From: an uncultured virus (IMG/VR IMGVR_UViG_3300009169_000018)
Taxonomy: Duplodnaviria; Heunggongvirae; Uroviricota; Caudoviricetes
Reading direction: 5' to 3' (one strand)
Virus record (IMG/VR): IMGVR_UViG_3300009169_000018
Span: 1-64,000 of that record
DNA: 64,000 nucleotides
A program made the position numbers and the translations under genes. The notes beneath the pieces are model-generated. The model was not told where the DNA came from and searched no databases. It saw only the letters and a program-made list of their open reading frames with translations. Each line of letters opens with the position of its first letter. Positions within the stretch are counted from its first letter, which is position 1. Shown one piece after another: positions 34,859-45,024 of this stretch.

Positions 34859-34909
34859 AAGGGGAGAGGGCAACCTCTCCCCGTCTTTACATGATGAAAG
34901 TCGCAACAC

Positions 34910-35605
34910 ATGGAGGAAAATAACATGCGCCGACTAACGATGATGATACTTGCTATGATACTTGTGGGCTGTGCGTCAATTCCGACCTCGACACAGCAAC
35001 TCTCCCAACTCCCCGACGCAACGGAAGCACTGGAAGAACTCTCATTCAGAGCCAGTCTGGAACTCTATGTGATTGAACACCAGTACGACATTGAGCGTAT
35101 GCTCGCTAACATCAGTCTGGAACTTCCCGATTTTGTGCGCGTAGCCACTGCCGAAGACCGCAAGGCTATTCAGTGCCTCGCGAAGAATATCTATTGGGAA
35201 GCCACTGGCGAACCACTGCGCGGTAAGAAAGCCGTCGCACAGGTCACTCTCAATCGCACCGAGGATGTGCGCTTTCCGGCTGATATCTGCGGTGTAGTCT
35301 ACGAACGCGACAAGGTGAAGAAAGACGGGCGCATGAAGACCATCTGCCAGTTCTCATGGACTTGTATGAGCGTCAAGAACAAGACTCCGCGCCATCCGGA
35401 AGAGTGGGAACATGCGCAGGAAATCGCTGCTAAGTTTATCCTCGACGGATATCACATACCTGAATTAGACGAAGCACTGTTCTATCACGCCGACTACGTT
35501 CGCCCTAAGTGGGCTAAGAAGATGGTCAAGATCGAAAAGATCGGGGCGCATATCTTCTACCGTGAGAAGGTCAAGCAGAATGGGATTTACTTAGCGTCCA
35601 ATTGA
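34910..35605 (+). CDS. SleB-like cell wall hydrolase (Hydrolase_2), possible lipoprotein
   Basis: CLA.NIYWEA.GE, VAQVTLNR, CQFSW, FYHADYV.P.W, HIFY; LVGC. Confidence 0.9.
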   Translation: MEENNMRRLTMMILAMILVGCASIPTSTQQLSQLPDATEALEELSFRASLELYVIEHQYDIERMLANISLELPDFVRVATAEDRKAIQCLAKNIYWEATGEPLRGKKAVAQVTLNRTEDVRFPADICGVVYERDKVKKDGRMKTICQFSWTCMSVKNKTPRHPEEWEHAQEIAAKFILDGYHIPELDEALFYHADYVRPKWAKKMVKIEKIGAHIFYREKVKQNGIYLASN

Positions 35606-35642
35606 TGCTATACTAAGACCATGAGTTCACTGCGAGTGTATA

Positions 35643-35864
35643 ATGCCAACTAGAGAAGAAAAGAACGAGTTCTCCGAGAAGATCATGCTGCGAATGCAAG
35701 ATCTGAATACGGACTGCCTCGACGCAATGGTAACATATTGCGAAGAGATTGGTCTGGAAATGGAGGTCGCGGCAACTCTAGTGAACGATATCCTCAAAGA
35801 GCAATTAGAGGATGCATTCGCAGAACTCAACTACATTGAGAAGAGTGGCAAGCTGCCGCTATGA
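35643..35864 (+). CDS. gp33: late transcription coactivator gp33
   Basis: DA...YCEE...LKE.L...A..LN; synteny with 59 and 32. Confidence 0.8.
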   Translation: MPTREEKNEFSEKIMLRMQDLNTDCLDAMVTYCEEIGLEMEVAATLVNDILKEQLEDAFAELNYIEKSGKLPL

Positions 35865-36142
35865 AGCTTCCGAAGGATTACACCAAGCTGAACGGCAAGC
35901 AGCGCAGACTTGTGCGTGAAGAGTACGTCAGAATACAGGACGAGAAGTGTTGGTACTGTAGCGAGAAGCTCGACAGACCACCTAGGGCTGACGTTTCAAT
36001 GAAGCCTATCAATTGGGGAATGTTCCCCCCCGGTTTCATGGATCATCCTGTCCACCTACAACACGATCATGATACGGGTATGACAGAGGGCGCAGTTCAT
36101 TCCCTTTGTAATGCGTATCTGTGGCAATACCATGGGCGATAA
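35861..36142 (+). CDS. endonuclease VII-like small protein
   Basis: CWYC...HLQHDHDTG...H.LCN. Confidence 0.65.
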   Translation: MKLPKDYTKLNGKQRRLVREEYVRIQDEKCWYCSEKLDRPPRADVSMKPINWGMFPPGFMDHPVHLQHDHDTGMTEGAVHSLCNAYLWQYHGR

Positions 36143-36343
36143 GATCAGACTCGCTGCGAAGGATTTGCTTGACGCATCCAAACGATTCCGCGATGCGTGT
36201 AACGCAGTCTATTGCGCACAGAACCCCGAAGACTTTGCGGACCATGTGAACATCCCACCGGAGGATGAAGCCATGGAGAGTCAACACGAAGCCTACCTCG
36301 CGCTAGAGAGTGCTGAATACTACATGAAGAAGGCATTGAAGAA

Positions 36344-36592
36344 ATGAGCGACAACAAGACAGAACTATTGAAAGAGACACTCAGCCTGTTTAACATGTTG
36401 GGTGTCATTCCCGGTCAGGGAGCAGACGGCAAACTCATGAGTAAGATCATGGACGAGCTATCAGGCGATGCGCCGCCGAGAGTCACATTCACCATGCCGC
36501 GTGGACGCTGCCCTTGTTGTGGCGCACCAGACCTCATGAATTGCGACTGTAATCCAGACGACCAATTGGCGGCATTCGAAGCGCGAAAGTAA
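36344..36592 (+). CDS. hypothetical Zn-finger protein
   Basis: CPCCG...CDC. Confidence 0.5.
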   Translation: MSDNKTELLKETLSLFNMLGVIPGQGADGKLMSKIMDELSGDAPPRVTFTMPRGRCPCCGAPDLMNCDCNPDDQLAAFEARK

Positions 36593-37203
36593 TGAACGGC
36601 TACGAAGTATTCTGCACCTATCAGGCTATCAAGCTGCACTTCACCACCGACACCTATTGCTTCTTCAAGTACAATGGTAAGGTAGCAACGAAACCCGCAG
36701 GCTTTGAGAAGCGCAAGGACAAGTATATGTTCCACCGGCTCGCTCGCAATCTACGCGACGAGGAAGTGGTGGGATTCTTTGTTTCCAACTTCCTCATGAA
36801 GCAGAAGGCGTGGACGCAGGATTTCCTTGAACCGGAAGCGAAGGAAACGTATCTTGCATGGCGCAAGAAAATAGACTCGCTCTCTTACACGTTCGATCAG
36901 GACATGACTAAGATCATTGAGGAAATGGACAAGCGCGACATGGGAATCGGCGCGATGTTCAAGCCACCGGCAGACGGATCGTATCCTCTAATCTGGACGA
37001 TGATGAATCAGGGTGACATTGAGTTCGAAACCATGGTCATCCTGCACGGCATGACCGGCGTACTCGACTTGTGGGATGCGAAGTATAATTCGGATTTCAT
37101 CTACGAGAAGACTTCTAAGCTCATACGCAAGTATGAACCTTTCTTGGGACTGGACGTACCCAAGTTCAAAAAGATCGTCCAAAAGCACTTGACTACATGT
37201 TGA
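36592..37203 (+). CDS. gp59: helicase loader gp59
   Basis: Y.AIKLHFT...FFKYNGK, F.KRKD; synteny. Confidence 0.9.
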   Translation: MNGYEVFCTYQAIKLHFTTDTYCFFKYNGKVATKPAGFEKRKDKYMFHRLARNLRDEEVVGFFVSNFLMKQKAWTQDFLEPEAKETYLAWRKKIDSLSYTFDQDMTKIIEEMDKRDMGIGAMFKPPADGSYPLIWTMMNQGDIEFETMVILHGMTGVLDLWDAKYNSDFIYEKTSKLIRKYEPFLGLDVPKFKKIVQKHLTTC

Positions 37204-37286
37204 AAATCGTGGTATACTAAATACCATATATTATGAATACTGTGGATAAGCTTAATACATCAATACTCCTATAAGGAAATACGCAA

Positions 37287-38186
37287 ATGGCATTAGATTT
37301 CAAATCTCTCAAAAAGTCCTCTGGACTCACCGAAAAACTCACCAAGGCAATCGAAGACAAGAACAAGGGTTCTTTCGCCAAGGATGACGAGCGGTTCTGG
37401 CAACCCGAAGTAGACAAGGCAGGAAACGGTTACGCAATCGTTCGCTTGCTCGACGCTCCCGCAGTGGACGGCGAAGATGGTCTTCCGTGGGTACAGGTGT
37501 TCAACCATGGCTTCCAAGGTGGAGCGGGTTGGTACATCGAAAACTGCCCAACGACTGTGGGTGGCAAGTGTCCTGCTTGCGAACACAATAACAAACTCTG
37601 GAACTCCGGTATCGAATCCAACAAGGATATCGTCCGTAAGCAGAAGCGTCGGCTCACCTACATTTCGAACATCCTTGTCGTAGCTGACAAGAATCGTCCG
37701 GAAAACGAAGGTAAGGTCTTCCTCTGGAAGTACGGTAAGAAGATCTTCGACAAGATTCAGGAAAAGCTGACTCCTCAGTTCGAAGACGAAACGGCAGTGA
37801 ATCCGTTCGACTTCTGGAAGGGTGCTGACCTCAAGATCAAGATCCGCAACGTGGAAGGCTATCGTAACTACGATAAGTCCGAATTCGCTGACGCGGCTCC
37901 GGTCTACGAAGAGGACAAGAAGATCGAAGCACTCTGGAAGAGCGCACACTCCCTCAAGCAGTTCGTTGCTCCGAAGGAATTCAAGACCTACGATGAACTG
38001 AGCGAGAAGCTCAATCGTGCCTTGGGTGCCGGTGGTGCGGTCGCGGCTCGCGCAGCCAAGATCGAAGACGACTCTGCACCGTGGCAGGAGCCGAAGGCAG
38101 CAGAGGCTCGCGCTCCACGCGCAACAGCCGAAGCGGTCAGTGTCGATGACGACATGGATTACTTCAACAAGCTCGCGCAAGAGTAA
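37287..38186 (+). CDS. gp32: single-stranded DNA-binding protein gp32
   Basis: DERFW, GNGYA, WYIENC.T, YGKKI, NYDKSEF, acidic tail. Confidence 0.97.
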   Translation: MALDFKSLKKSSGLTEKLTKAIEDKNKGSFAKDDERFWQPEVDKAGNGYAIVRLLDAPAVDGEDGLPWVQVFNHGFQGGAGWYIENCPTTVGGKCPACEHNNKLWNSGIESNKDIVRKQKRRLTYISNILVVADKNRPENEGKVFLWKYGKKIFDKIQEKLTPQFEDETAVNPFDFWKGADLKIKIRNVEGYRNYDKSEFADAAPVYEEDKKIEALWKSAHSLKQFVAPKEFKTYDELSEKLNRALGAGGAVAARAAKIEDDSAPWQEPKAAEARAPRATAEAVSVDDDMDYFNKLAQE

Positions 38187-38215
38187 GTCCTAACCTGCGA
38201 AAGCGGGAACATGGC

Positions 38216-38247
38216 AGGGGAGGCAGGGATGCCTCCCCTTTTTATTT
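38216..38247 (+). terminator. intrinsic terminator
   Basis: AGGGGAGGCA/TGCCTCCCCT plus TTTTATTT. Confidence 0.85.
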
Positions 38248-38264
38248 GCGTCCTAAATAAGTGC

Positions 38265-38687
38265 ATGGCATACTCTGGACGCTTTACACCGCAGAACCCG
38301 CAGAAGTACCTCGGCAATCCGACAGGCATCATCTACCGCAGCCTGTGGGAGCGTCGAGTCATGGTCTATTGTGACACCACTCCGGAAGTCCTAGAATGGT
38401 CTTCGGAAGAGATTGTGATTCCCTACGTGTCGCCTCTGGACAATCGGGTTCATAGGTACTTCCCCGACTTCTTCGTAAGAACTAAGACGGGCGCGACTAT
38501 CATGGAAGTGAAGCCGCACGCCCAATCCGTACAGCCCAAACCGGGAGCCAAGCGCACCCGCCGCTATCTACGGGAAGTCATGACGTTCGGGGTGAATGAA
38601 GCCAAGTGGAAAGCAGCCACGGAATACTGCCTAGATAGGGGATGGAAGTTCAAAGTCATCACCGAGAAGGACTTGGGGATTAAGTAA
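38265..38687 (+). CDS. gp4: head completion nuclease gp4
   Basis: YRSLWE, WSSEE..IPY, YFPDF, EVKP, N.AKW.AA. Confidence 0.92.
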   Translation: MAYSGRFTPQNPQKYLGNPTGIIYRSLWERRVMVYCDTTPEVLEWSSEEIVIPYVSPLDNRVHRYFPDFFVRTKTGATIMEVKPHAQSVQPKPGAKRTRRYLREVMTFGVNEAKWKAATEYCLDRGWKFKVITEKDLGIK

Positions 38688-39235
38688 TGGCAGCATCAGT
38701 ATGGGAACGCCTGCGTCAGCAGATGAAGACAGCCGGAATCGCTCCTCGGACGGTAGCGGCGCGTCAGTGGTATGGAGCGGTCATCAATCGCGTCAAGATT
38801 CCCACTAATCGGTCTAATATTCTTAATGATCCCCGAAAAGCGACAGCACACGCTTTGATCGGACGGATGTACTGCTATCACTATATTCCCAAATATGAAG
38901 ACACATTACCAGTATGGGATCAGTTTCCCCTTGTTTTGCCTATGGAAATTTACCCTGATGGATTCCTCGGATTGAATTTGCACTATTTGGACCCCTTCAA
39001 CCGGCTCGCCCTGTTGGAACTCCTGCACGATTTCATCACTAACACTAAATACAACGATTCGACTCGCTTTAAGTTGTCTTACAGTGTTCTCAATGGTATC
39101 AAGAAGTACGATATCATGCGACCTTGCATCAAGCGATACCTGTTGGAATACATGGAGTCGCCCATGATCTACGTCGAGCCGGATCAGTGGGAACTAGCTT
39201 GCCTGCTCCCATTCGAACGGTTCCACCACAACTAA
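38687..39235 (+). CDS. gp2: DNA end protector gp2
   Basis: LP.WD.FPL, GLNLHYL, PCIKRYL. Confidence 0.9.
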   Translation: MAASVWERLRQQMKTAGIAPRTVAARQWYGAVINRVKIPTNRSNILNDPRKATAHALIGRMYCYHYIPKYEDTLPVWDQFPLVLPMEIYPDGFLGLNLHYLDPFNRLALLELLHDFITNTKYNDSTRFKLSYSVLNGIKKYDIMRPCIKRYLLEYMESPMIYVEPDQWELACLLPFERFHHN

Positions 39236-39244
39236 GGTACGCCC

Positions 39245-39982
39245 ATGTTTCCAGATGCATTCCTCGCCCATCACGCCCTCCACTTCGACTTTTCCAAGGC
39301 GGCAAAGTTTGGAGTTCTAATCTTTCAGCCATCGGGGTTGATCGCAGGCGGTCTATTGGGTGGTCTGATCGGACAGACCGCAGCCACCCGCTTCGCAATG
39401 AAACCACTCAATACGGCAGGCTTGGCATTCCAGTGCGAACAGGCTTCTCTTCCCGGCTACAGCCTCAACACGGTAGACCAGAAAATCTATGGTGCGCCGT
39501 GGAGTATCGCAGCCCAATCCGGAGACTATCCTCCACTGGAACTGACGTTCATCAGCGCAGGCGACCTATGGGAGCGCAAGTTCTTTGAGGACTGGATGGA
39601 GTTCATTGTACCAAAGGGTACAAAGCGTTCTGCGATTGATTCGTTTGTGGGCAACTTCACTGAGCAATTGGTCAATGCTAGTGGCACCCGCCGCGCAGCA
39701 GGCTCGGCAACCTACCGCAACGAGTACATTTCTACCATTCAGGTTATTCAGTTTCACGATACAGGGATCCCATCTGCTCGTTACACATTTGAAGAAGCCT
39801 ATCCAGTCTCTATTGCTCCCACACCTCTCAGTTGGGGTGATGATAGCATCAATCGTGTTAACGTCACTTTCAAATACACGAATTGGGGTCGCGAATCTAA
39901 TGTCGCCAGAACAATCTATGATCAATTTACTGCTCGCACAGGGGTAGTTATCGCGCCGGATCCTGCATTCGGTCCATTGTAA
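39245..39982 (+). CDS. tail tube-like baseplate protein (gp54-like)
   Basis: LPG, FFEDW, EAYP.SI...LSW, VTFKY tube-fold pattern. Confidence 0.7.
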   Translation: MFPDAFLAHHALHFDFSKAAKFGVLIFQPSGLIAGGLLGGLIGQTAATRFAMKPLNTAGLAFQCEQASLPGYSLNTVDQKIYGAPWSIAAQSGDYPPLELTFISAGDLWERKFFEDWMEFIVPKGTKRSAIDSFVGNFTEQLVNASGTRRAAGSATYRNEYISTIQVIQFHDTGIPSARYTFEEAYPVSIAPTPLSWGDDSINRVNVTFKYTNWGRESNVARTIYDQFTARTGVVIAPDPAFGPL

Positions 39983-39997
39983 TATAAGGTGAAAAAT

Positions 39998-40723
39998 ATG
40001 GCATTGCCAAAGATTGAATACTCGGTTTATGAATTCTATGTCAAGAGCTTTGACCGCAAGCTGAAGTTCCGCCCATTTCTTGTCAAGGAAGAGAAAGTTC
40101 TCCTCATGGCAAAGGAATCGAAGGATCCAGAATCCATCAAGCTCGCAATCAAGCAGATCATTCAGAACTGCGCATTGGAAGAGTTCGATGTGGAAACGAT
40201 TCCAATGTTCGACGTTGAAATGATCTTCCTCAAGCTTCGCGCCAAGAGCGTAGGTGAGTCCGTCAAACTGGTCTTCAACTGCAAGAATGAGGTTGAAGAA
40301 GGTAAGCCATGTGACACTAATACGGATTATGTGTTGGATCTGGAAAAGGTTCAATACGAGAGTCTGGAAGGTCATGATCCAAAGATCATGATTACAGACA
40401 AGATCGGCATCAAGCTCAAGTATCCAACCCTCAAGTCTCTGGTGAATCTAGACTTTGAGGGCGACGAATTCACTACGTTCGTGGCAACCCTGCTTGCGAA
40501 CATTGAGTACATCTTCGATGATGTGTCTGTGTACAAGCCAGACGACACCAGTAAGGAAGATGTATCCGAATTCCTGTTGAACCTCAAGCCGGAACACCTG
40601 ATGCAAATTCGGGAGTTCTTTGAGTCTTCTCCCAAGGTCATTCTTGAAGACACTGTTACCTGTAAGAAGTGTGGATTTGTCCACAAACTGCATACGGAGA
40701 ACCTACTCGATTTTTTTATTTGA
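39998..40723 (+). CDS. gp26: baseplate hub assembly protein gp26
   Basis: MALPK, FRPFLVKEEK.LLMA, LRAKSVGE, CxxC. Confidence 0.9.
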   Translation: MALPKIEYSVYEFYVKSFDRKLKFRPFLVKEEKVLLMAKESKDPESIKLAIKQIIQNCALEEFDVETIPMFDVEMIFLKLRAKSVGESVKLVFNCKNEVEEGKPCDTNTDYVLDLEKVQYESLEGHDPKIMITDKIGIKLKYPTLKSLVNLDFEGDEFTTFVATLLANIEYIFDDVSVYKPDDTSKEDVSEFLLNLKPEHLMQIREFFESSPKVILEDTVTCKKCGFVHKLHTENLLDFFI

Positions 40724-40914
40724 CCTTTGGACATGATAGCCTTGAGAATTTTCTGCGCACTATTTGGGCAATGGTGCAGCATCATAAGTGGGATTATGAT
40801 GCGATTATGAATATGGTTGCGTGGGAACGACAGGTTTTCACGATGATGACTATGGTTTACTTGAAGGAAGAGAACGAACGAATCAAACTGGAACAGCAGA
40901 CTAGAAGACGCTAA
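40718..40914 (+). CDS. gp51: baseplate hub assembly protein gp51-like (probably reached by -1 frameshift)
   Basis: HDSLEN...QHHK...M..WER motif; no good own start. Confidence 0.75.
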
Positions 40915-43172
40915 TGACAACCAATGCAAACCAAGTCCTATTACTGATTCAAAATCTGCCTGCCGAAGAGCAGAGCACTTTGATGAATGCCATGCGTATG
41001 TTGGAAGTCAACGCGCAGGATGAACAGTATTTCACCAACGTTACCAAGGCAATGCAGGCTGCGGGGTGGAACCCTGCCAAGCGTGCGACGGCGGGTGTCA
41101 AGGCTGCGTTGCGCAACAGGATGGAAACCACGAAGGGTATCAATTCTCGTAAGACAGCAAGAATGATGCGTCTGTTCGGTATGCGCAAGTCGGCTGACTT
41201 CATGGACCGGTGGTTCACCAGTTCACCCAAGAAAAAGCTAAAGCCAATCAAGCTTCCAGCACAGACAAGATCCGGTGCTAGCAGTGGGTCATCCTCCACC
41301 GCAATGTCGAGCATCAAGACTCAGCTAAACGAGATTCAGATTCGGGTAATGGATATCGCTGACGATATCACCGATATCAAGACCCTACTCATGCCGAAGT
41401 TCTTCAATGCGAAGGGGCAGAAGGGAACCAAGGATGCCGGTAGTAATGAAGCGGGGATGTACAATCCACTCGCCCCTTCCGGAAGACAGTACAACAAGAT
41501 TGATGATCGTACCGGAGAACTGCGCGGAGCCACCGGAAAGAATTTCAAGAACTCGGCTGAAATGAGAGTTGCCCTTGAAACGGCTAAACTCGTTCTCAAG
41601 ATCAAGCAAAAGGATGACGCTAAGGTAGAACTCAAAAAGAAGTATGCATTCAAAGAAGAGTTGGAAACCTACGGCAAAGAGGATTCTGTAGAAGCACTGC
41701 GCGTCCATCTTGACGAACGCCTCGACAAGATTGAGGGTATGTTTGAAAAGAGAGGTGGTCTGTTCGAAGCAATCACCAGTGCCATAGGATCGGTACTAAC
41801 ATCAATTACCGCGCTTCTGACACCGTTCCTCAACACAATCAAGAACATCTTCGGTGAGGTCATGAAGATCGGCAGATGGGCAATGCAGTTCGGCAGGCTT
41901 ATCGGCAAGGGTCTGTATGGTCTTGTGCGCGGAATCTTCCACTCCGTCAGGCTGCTCAAGTATCTGATGAACCCTGTCGGTATGGCAGCAATGATGGCAG
42001 GAGCAGTCGTCACCGGTCTAGGCATGTTCTTTGATATGGGTATGAAGGCAGCAGCAAACAAGGCAATTGACGGTCTTGTGGGTGATGTAAGCAAGAAAAT
42101 TGCAAAGGATCAGGCACAGTTTCCGGACCACCCATACAGCGAAGACCAGAAGTACATGCAGTACAAGAAGGCTTTGGAATTGGGAGACAAGCAGGCGGCG
42201 GCTCGCGGACCTGAATATGTCTCTTATCAGAAGCAGCGTCTATTGACCAGTCCAAATCTGTCCGAAGAAGAACGAAAGTACGTCACGCGATACTACGAAG
42301 AGAAAGACGGCAACGTTGCCGGATTCCTTGACCAGCTTGCGGCAGAAGATGGTCAGTACGAGGAATATGGTCACGGCTCATTCCCCATCGGTGAGTCTGG
42401 CGCACCTTCTGCACCGGCTGAAGGTGGAACCGGCGCACTTACGACCAACGTTCCGATTCCCGCAGGCATGTCCAAGAAACAGTGGGAAGTGTACCGCAAT
42501 ACCATTGGCTCCATTGAATCGGGTGGTGATTACAAGGCTGTCGGCGGTTCGAATGATCATTACGATGGTAAGTATCAAATGGGTAAGGATGCAAAGACGG
42601 ACGCGGCTAGAGTGTTAGGCATTCCAGATCCCGGTCATACGCCAGAAGCGCGGGAGGCGTTCCGCAACAATCCTGAACTACAGGAGAGAATGTTCGCGGC
42701 TTATACACAAGCCAATCACGGCTACATGCAGAACAATCCAAAATATCGCTCTATGACAAAGAATCAGCAGATTGAAACCTTGGGATATGCTCACAATCAG
42801 GGACATGGTGGAGCGAAGAATTGGCTCAACACAGGTGAGGTTGGTGAGGATGGATTCCATACGAAAGGAACCAAATACTCCGAGGCTCTAGCCAAGAACC
42901 TCAAGAGTGTTCCGGATGAAGAGGTCTTGATGGCTCAGAACCTAAGTCCTGCTACCACCATTCCCGGCGATAGCTTCGACAAGGAAGCCAGACAACATCA
43001 GTCCGGTGGTAAGGGTGATCAGGGTGTGACTGTGGTTAACGCACCAACCGTGAACAACGTCAACAATAACACCGTGGGTAAGCGTCCTGCTCCAAAGGCT
43101 GATGTTCTGGCTCAAGACAAGTCTCTGGTTCGCACAATCGGTCAAGATGCACAACATCCAGTGTACGCCTAA
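40914..43172 (+). CDS. tape-measure/hub-like protein with lysozyme-like domain
   Basis: Helical amphipathic region; IESGG.Y...GKYQM; position between gp51 and gp48. Confidence 0.6.
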   Translation: MTTNANQVLLLIQNLPAEEQSTLMNAMRMLEVNAQDEQYFTNVTKAMQAAGWNPAKRATAGVKAALRNRMETTKGINSRKTARMMRLFGMRKSADFMDRWFTSSPKKKLKPIKLPAQTRSGASSGSSSTAMSSIKTQLNEIQIRVMDIADDITDIKTLLMPKFFNAKGQKGTKDAGSNEAGMYNPLAPSGRQYNKIDDRTGELRGATGKNFKNSAEMRVALETAKLVLKIKQKDDAKVELKKKYAFKEELETYGKEDSVEALRVHLDERLDKIEGMFEKRGGLFEAITSAIGSVLTSITALLTPFLNTIKNIFGEVMKIGRWAMQFGRLIGKGLYGLVRGIFHSVRLLKYLMNPVGMAAMMAGAVVTGLGMFFDMGMKAAANKAIDGLVGDVSKKIAKDQAQFPDHPYSEDQKYMQYKKALELGDKQAAARGPEYVSYQKQRLLTSPNLSEEERKYVTRYYEEKDGNVAGFLDQLAAEDGQYEEYGHGSFPIGESGAPSAPAEGGTGALTTNVPIPAGMSKKQWEVYRNTIGSIESGGDYKAVGGSNDHYDGKYQMGKDAKTDAARVLGIPDPGHTPEAREAFRNNPELQERMFAAYTQANHGYMQNNPKYRSMTKNQQIETLGYAHNQGHGGAKNWLNTGEVGEDGFHTKGTKYSEALAKNLKSVPDEEVLMAQNLSPATTIPGDSFDKEARQHQSGGKGDQGVTVVNAPTVNNVNNNTVGKRPAPKADVLAQDKSLVRTIGQDAQHPVYA

Positions 43173-43199
43173 ATAATCAACCAACTAACGAGAACTAGA

Positions 43200-44333
43200 A
43201 TGAGCTTTATCGACAACGTAAAAAAGACCGTAGGACAGGTTGGTGATGTTATCAAGGAAACCTATGGTCCGCTCTCACCATTGGATAGTGGTCCCAATAC
43301 CAATACCATTTGGCGTTACCCTCTTGATGTAGGTAACAGTCAGAGGTACCCACACACCGTCGAATTTCAGACATGGATTCCCGACCAGATTTCGATTGCA
43401 GACCTAGGCATCGGCAACAGTGGAGCAACCGTAGGTGGAGTCTTCGGAAGTGCTTTGGATTTGGGTAAGAGCGTAGCCAAGAAATTACCCGGTGGATTGG
43501 GTGAATCATTCACTGATTCTAGCGGATTGGAAGAAATCAATGTCACCGCAAGACGCATGGTGGATCCAACTGAACCACAGATGAAGGTCAATCAGAATCA
43601 GATGTACAACGACCGAGCATCCGACTGGACGCGCCGCGCTACCCCATCTGACCTGATCGCGATGTACATGCCTGCCGGTGGGTGGATGGATCGTATATCC
43701 AACCAGTACGCACAACAGTCCATGACCTCGGCTATGGGTACGGCAGGATTTGTTCTGGAAGCCGGAAGTGGTCTTCTGGATGCCTATCGTGATAGTGGCG
43801 GCAAGATCCCTTGGGGTAAAGCCATGGACATGATCAAGGGTCCAGAAGGCATGGAAATCATCGGCAAAATGTCTTCTATGGCAGGAATGGATGCCGGTAT
43901 CATGACGGATGCCGGATTGAATGCCTTGGGATATGCGCTCAATCCTCAGTTCGAAATGCTATACTCTGGCACGGATCTGCGTGAGTTCCAATTCGAATTC
44001 ACCATGACCCCTCGTTCGCAGAAGGAAGCCGAAACGATTCGCATGATCATCAAGAAGTTCAAGTACCATGCATCCCCGGCATATGTCTCGGGTCAGGGTC
44101 GCTACATCGTTCCACCTTCCTACTTCGACATTACGTTCAACTTCAACGGCGCACGTTCCAGATGGTTGCCTCAGATTTCGACCTGTGTGTTGAAGTCCTT
44201 TGACGTTGATTACACCGGAGGATTGGATCAGTGGTCTACGCACGCGGACGGTTCGCCAATTCAAGTCAAGATGGTCATGGTATTCGCAGAACTGGAAATG
44301 ATGCACAAGACGCTCCGTAGAAAGGGTTACTAA
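43200..44333 (+). CDS. gp48: baseplate tail tube cap gp48
   Basis: YPL, NP..E.LY....R.F.F.F...PRS..EA. Confidence 0.85.
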   Translation: MSFIDNVKKTVGQVGDVIKETYGPLSPLDSGPNTNTIWRYPLDVGNSQRYPHTVEFQTWIPDQISIADLGIGNSGATVGGVFGSALDLGKSVAKKLPGGLGESFTDSSGLEEINVTARRMVDPTEPQMKVNQNQMYNDRASDWTRRATPSDLIAMYMPAGGWMDRISNQYAQQSMTSAMGTAGFVLEAGSGLLDAYRDSGGKIPWGKAMDMIKGPEGMEIIGKMSSMAGMDAGIMTDAGLNALGYALNPQFEMLYSGTDLREFQFEFTMTPRSQKEAETIRMIIKKFKYHASPAYVSGQGRYIVPPSYFDITFNFNGARSRWLPQISTCVLKSFDVDYTGGLDQWSTHADGSPIQVKMVMVFAELEMMHKTLRRKGY

Positions 44334-44334
44334 G

Positions 44335-45024
44335 ATGAGTTACTTTCAACAGATCCCTCGGGTAGTCTACCCCTCACTCACGGATGCCGTGGGAGAGAAT
44401 ACGGCAGTCATCCTCACTAATATCTTGACACGCTCTGCTTTCTTGCAGGAGGTTGTCGGAAACATATCCCTTTTCTACGATTATCAAGTCAAGGATGGGG
44501 AAACGGCTGAAATCATTGCCGACAAGCTTTACGGGGATGTGAACCGCGCATGGATCGTTCTTCTGTTCAACCAGATCAACAATGCGTTCTATGAGTTCCC
44601 ATTGGTCACAGAACAACTCCACAACTTCATTGAATCCAAGTATGGACAAACCATTGCACAGTCTCAGATCACGGTACATCACTATGAGACTAAGGTAACT
44701 CGCACGGTTCTATACAACGGGGTAGTGCAGTCTCTCAGTGAAGAGATTTTCACCATCAGTGAACAGCAACAGAATGATGACTCCGGAATGGCAGAGACTC
44801 GCCCAAATCTCCCAACCCTAGGCACCGATATCGACGGCGACTCTTTCACAGAAAGCTTCGGATCTGGCATCACGGTCACGACAAAGTATGTGTATCATGC
44901 TGTCTCTAACTACGATTATGAGCTACTAGAGAACGAGAAGCGTCGTTCTATCAAGCTACTGGATGCCGCATTCGTGGGTAATGTTGAGAGTGAATTGAGG
45001 AAGTTGATGCGCGATGGAAACTGA
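44335..45024 (+). CDS. gp53: baseplate wedge gp53
   Basis: YF...P, GET.E.IA.KLYG..W..LL.N, YE..ENE.RR.IK. Confidence 0.9.
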   Translation: MSYFQQIPRVVYPSLTDAVGENTAVILTNILTRSAFLQEVVGNISLFYDYQVKDGETAEIIADKLYGDVNRAWIVLLFNQINNAFYEFPLVTEQLHNFIESKYGQTIAQSQITVHHYETKVTRTVLYNGVVQSLSEEIFTISEQQQNDDSGMAETRPNLPTLGTDIDGDSFTESFGSGITVTTKYVYHAVSNYDYELLENEKRRSIKLLDAAFVGNVESELRKLMRDGN

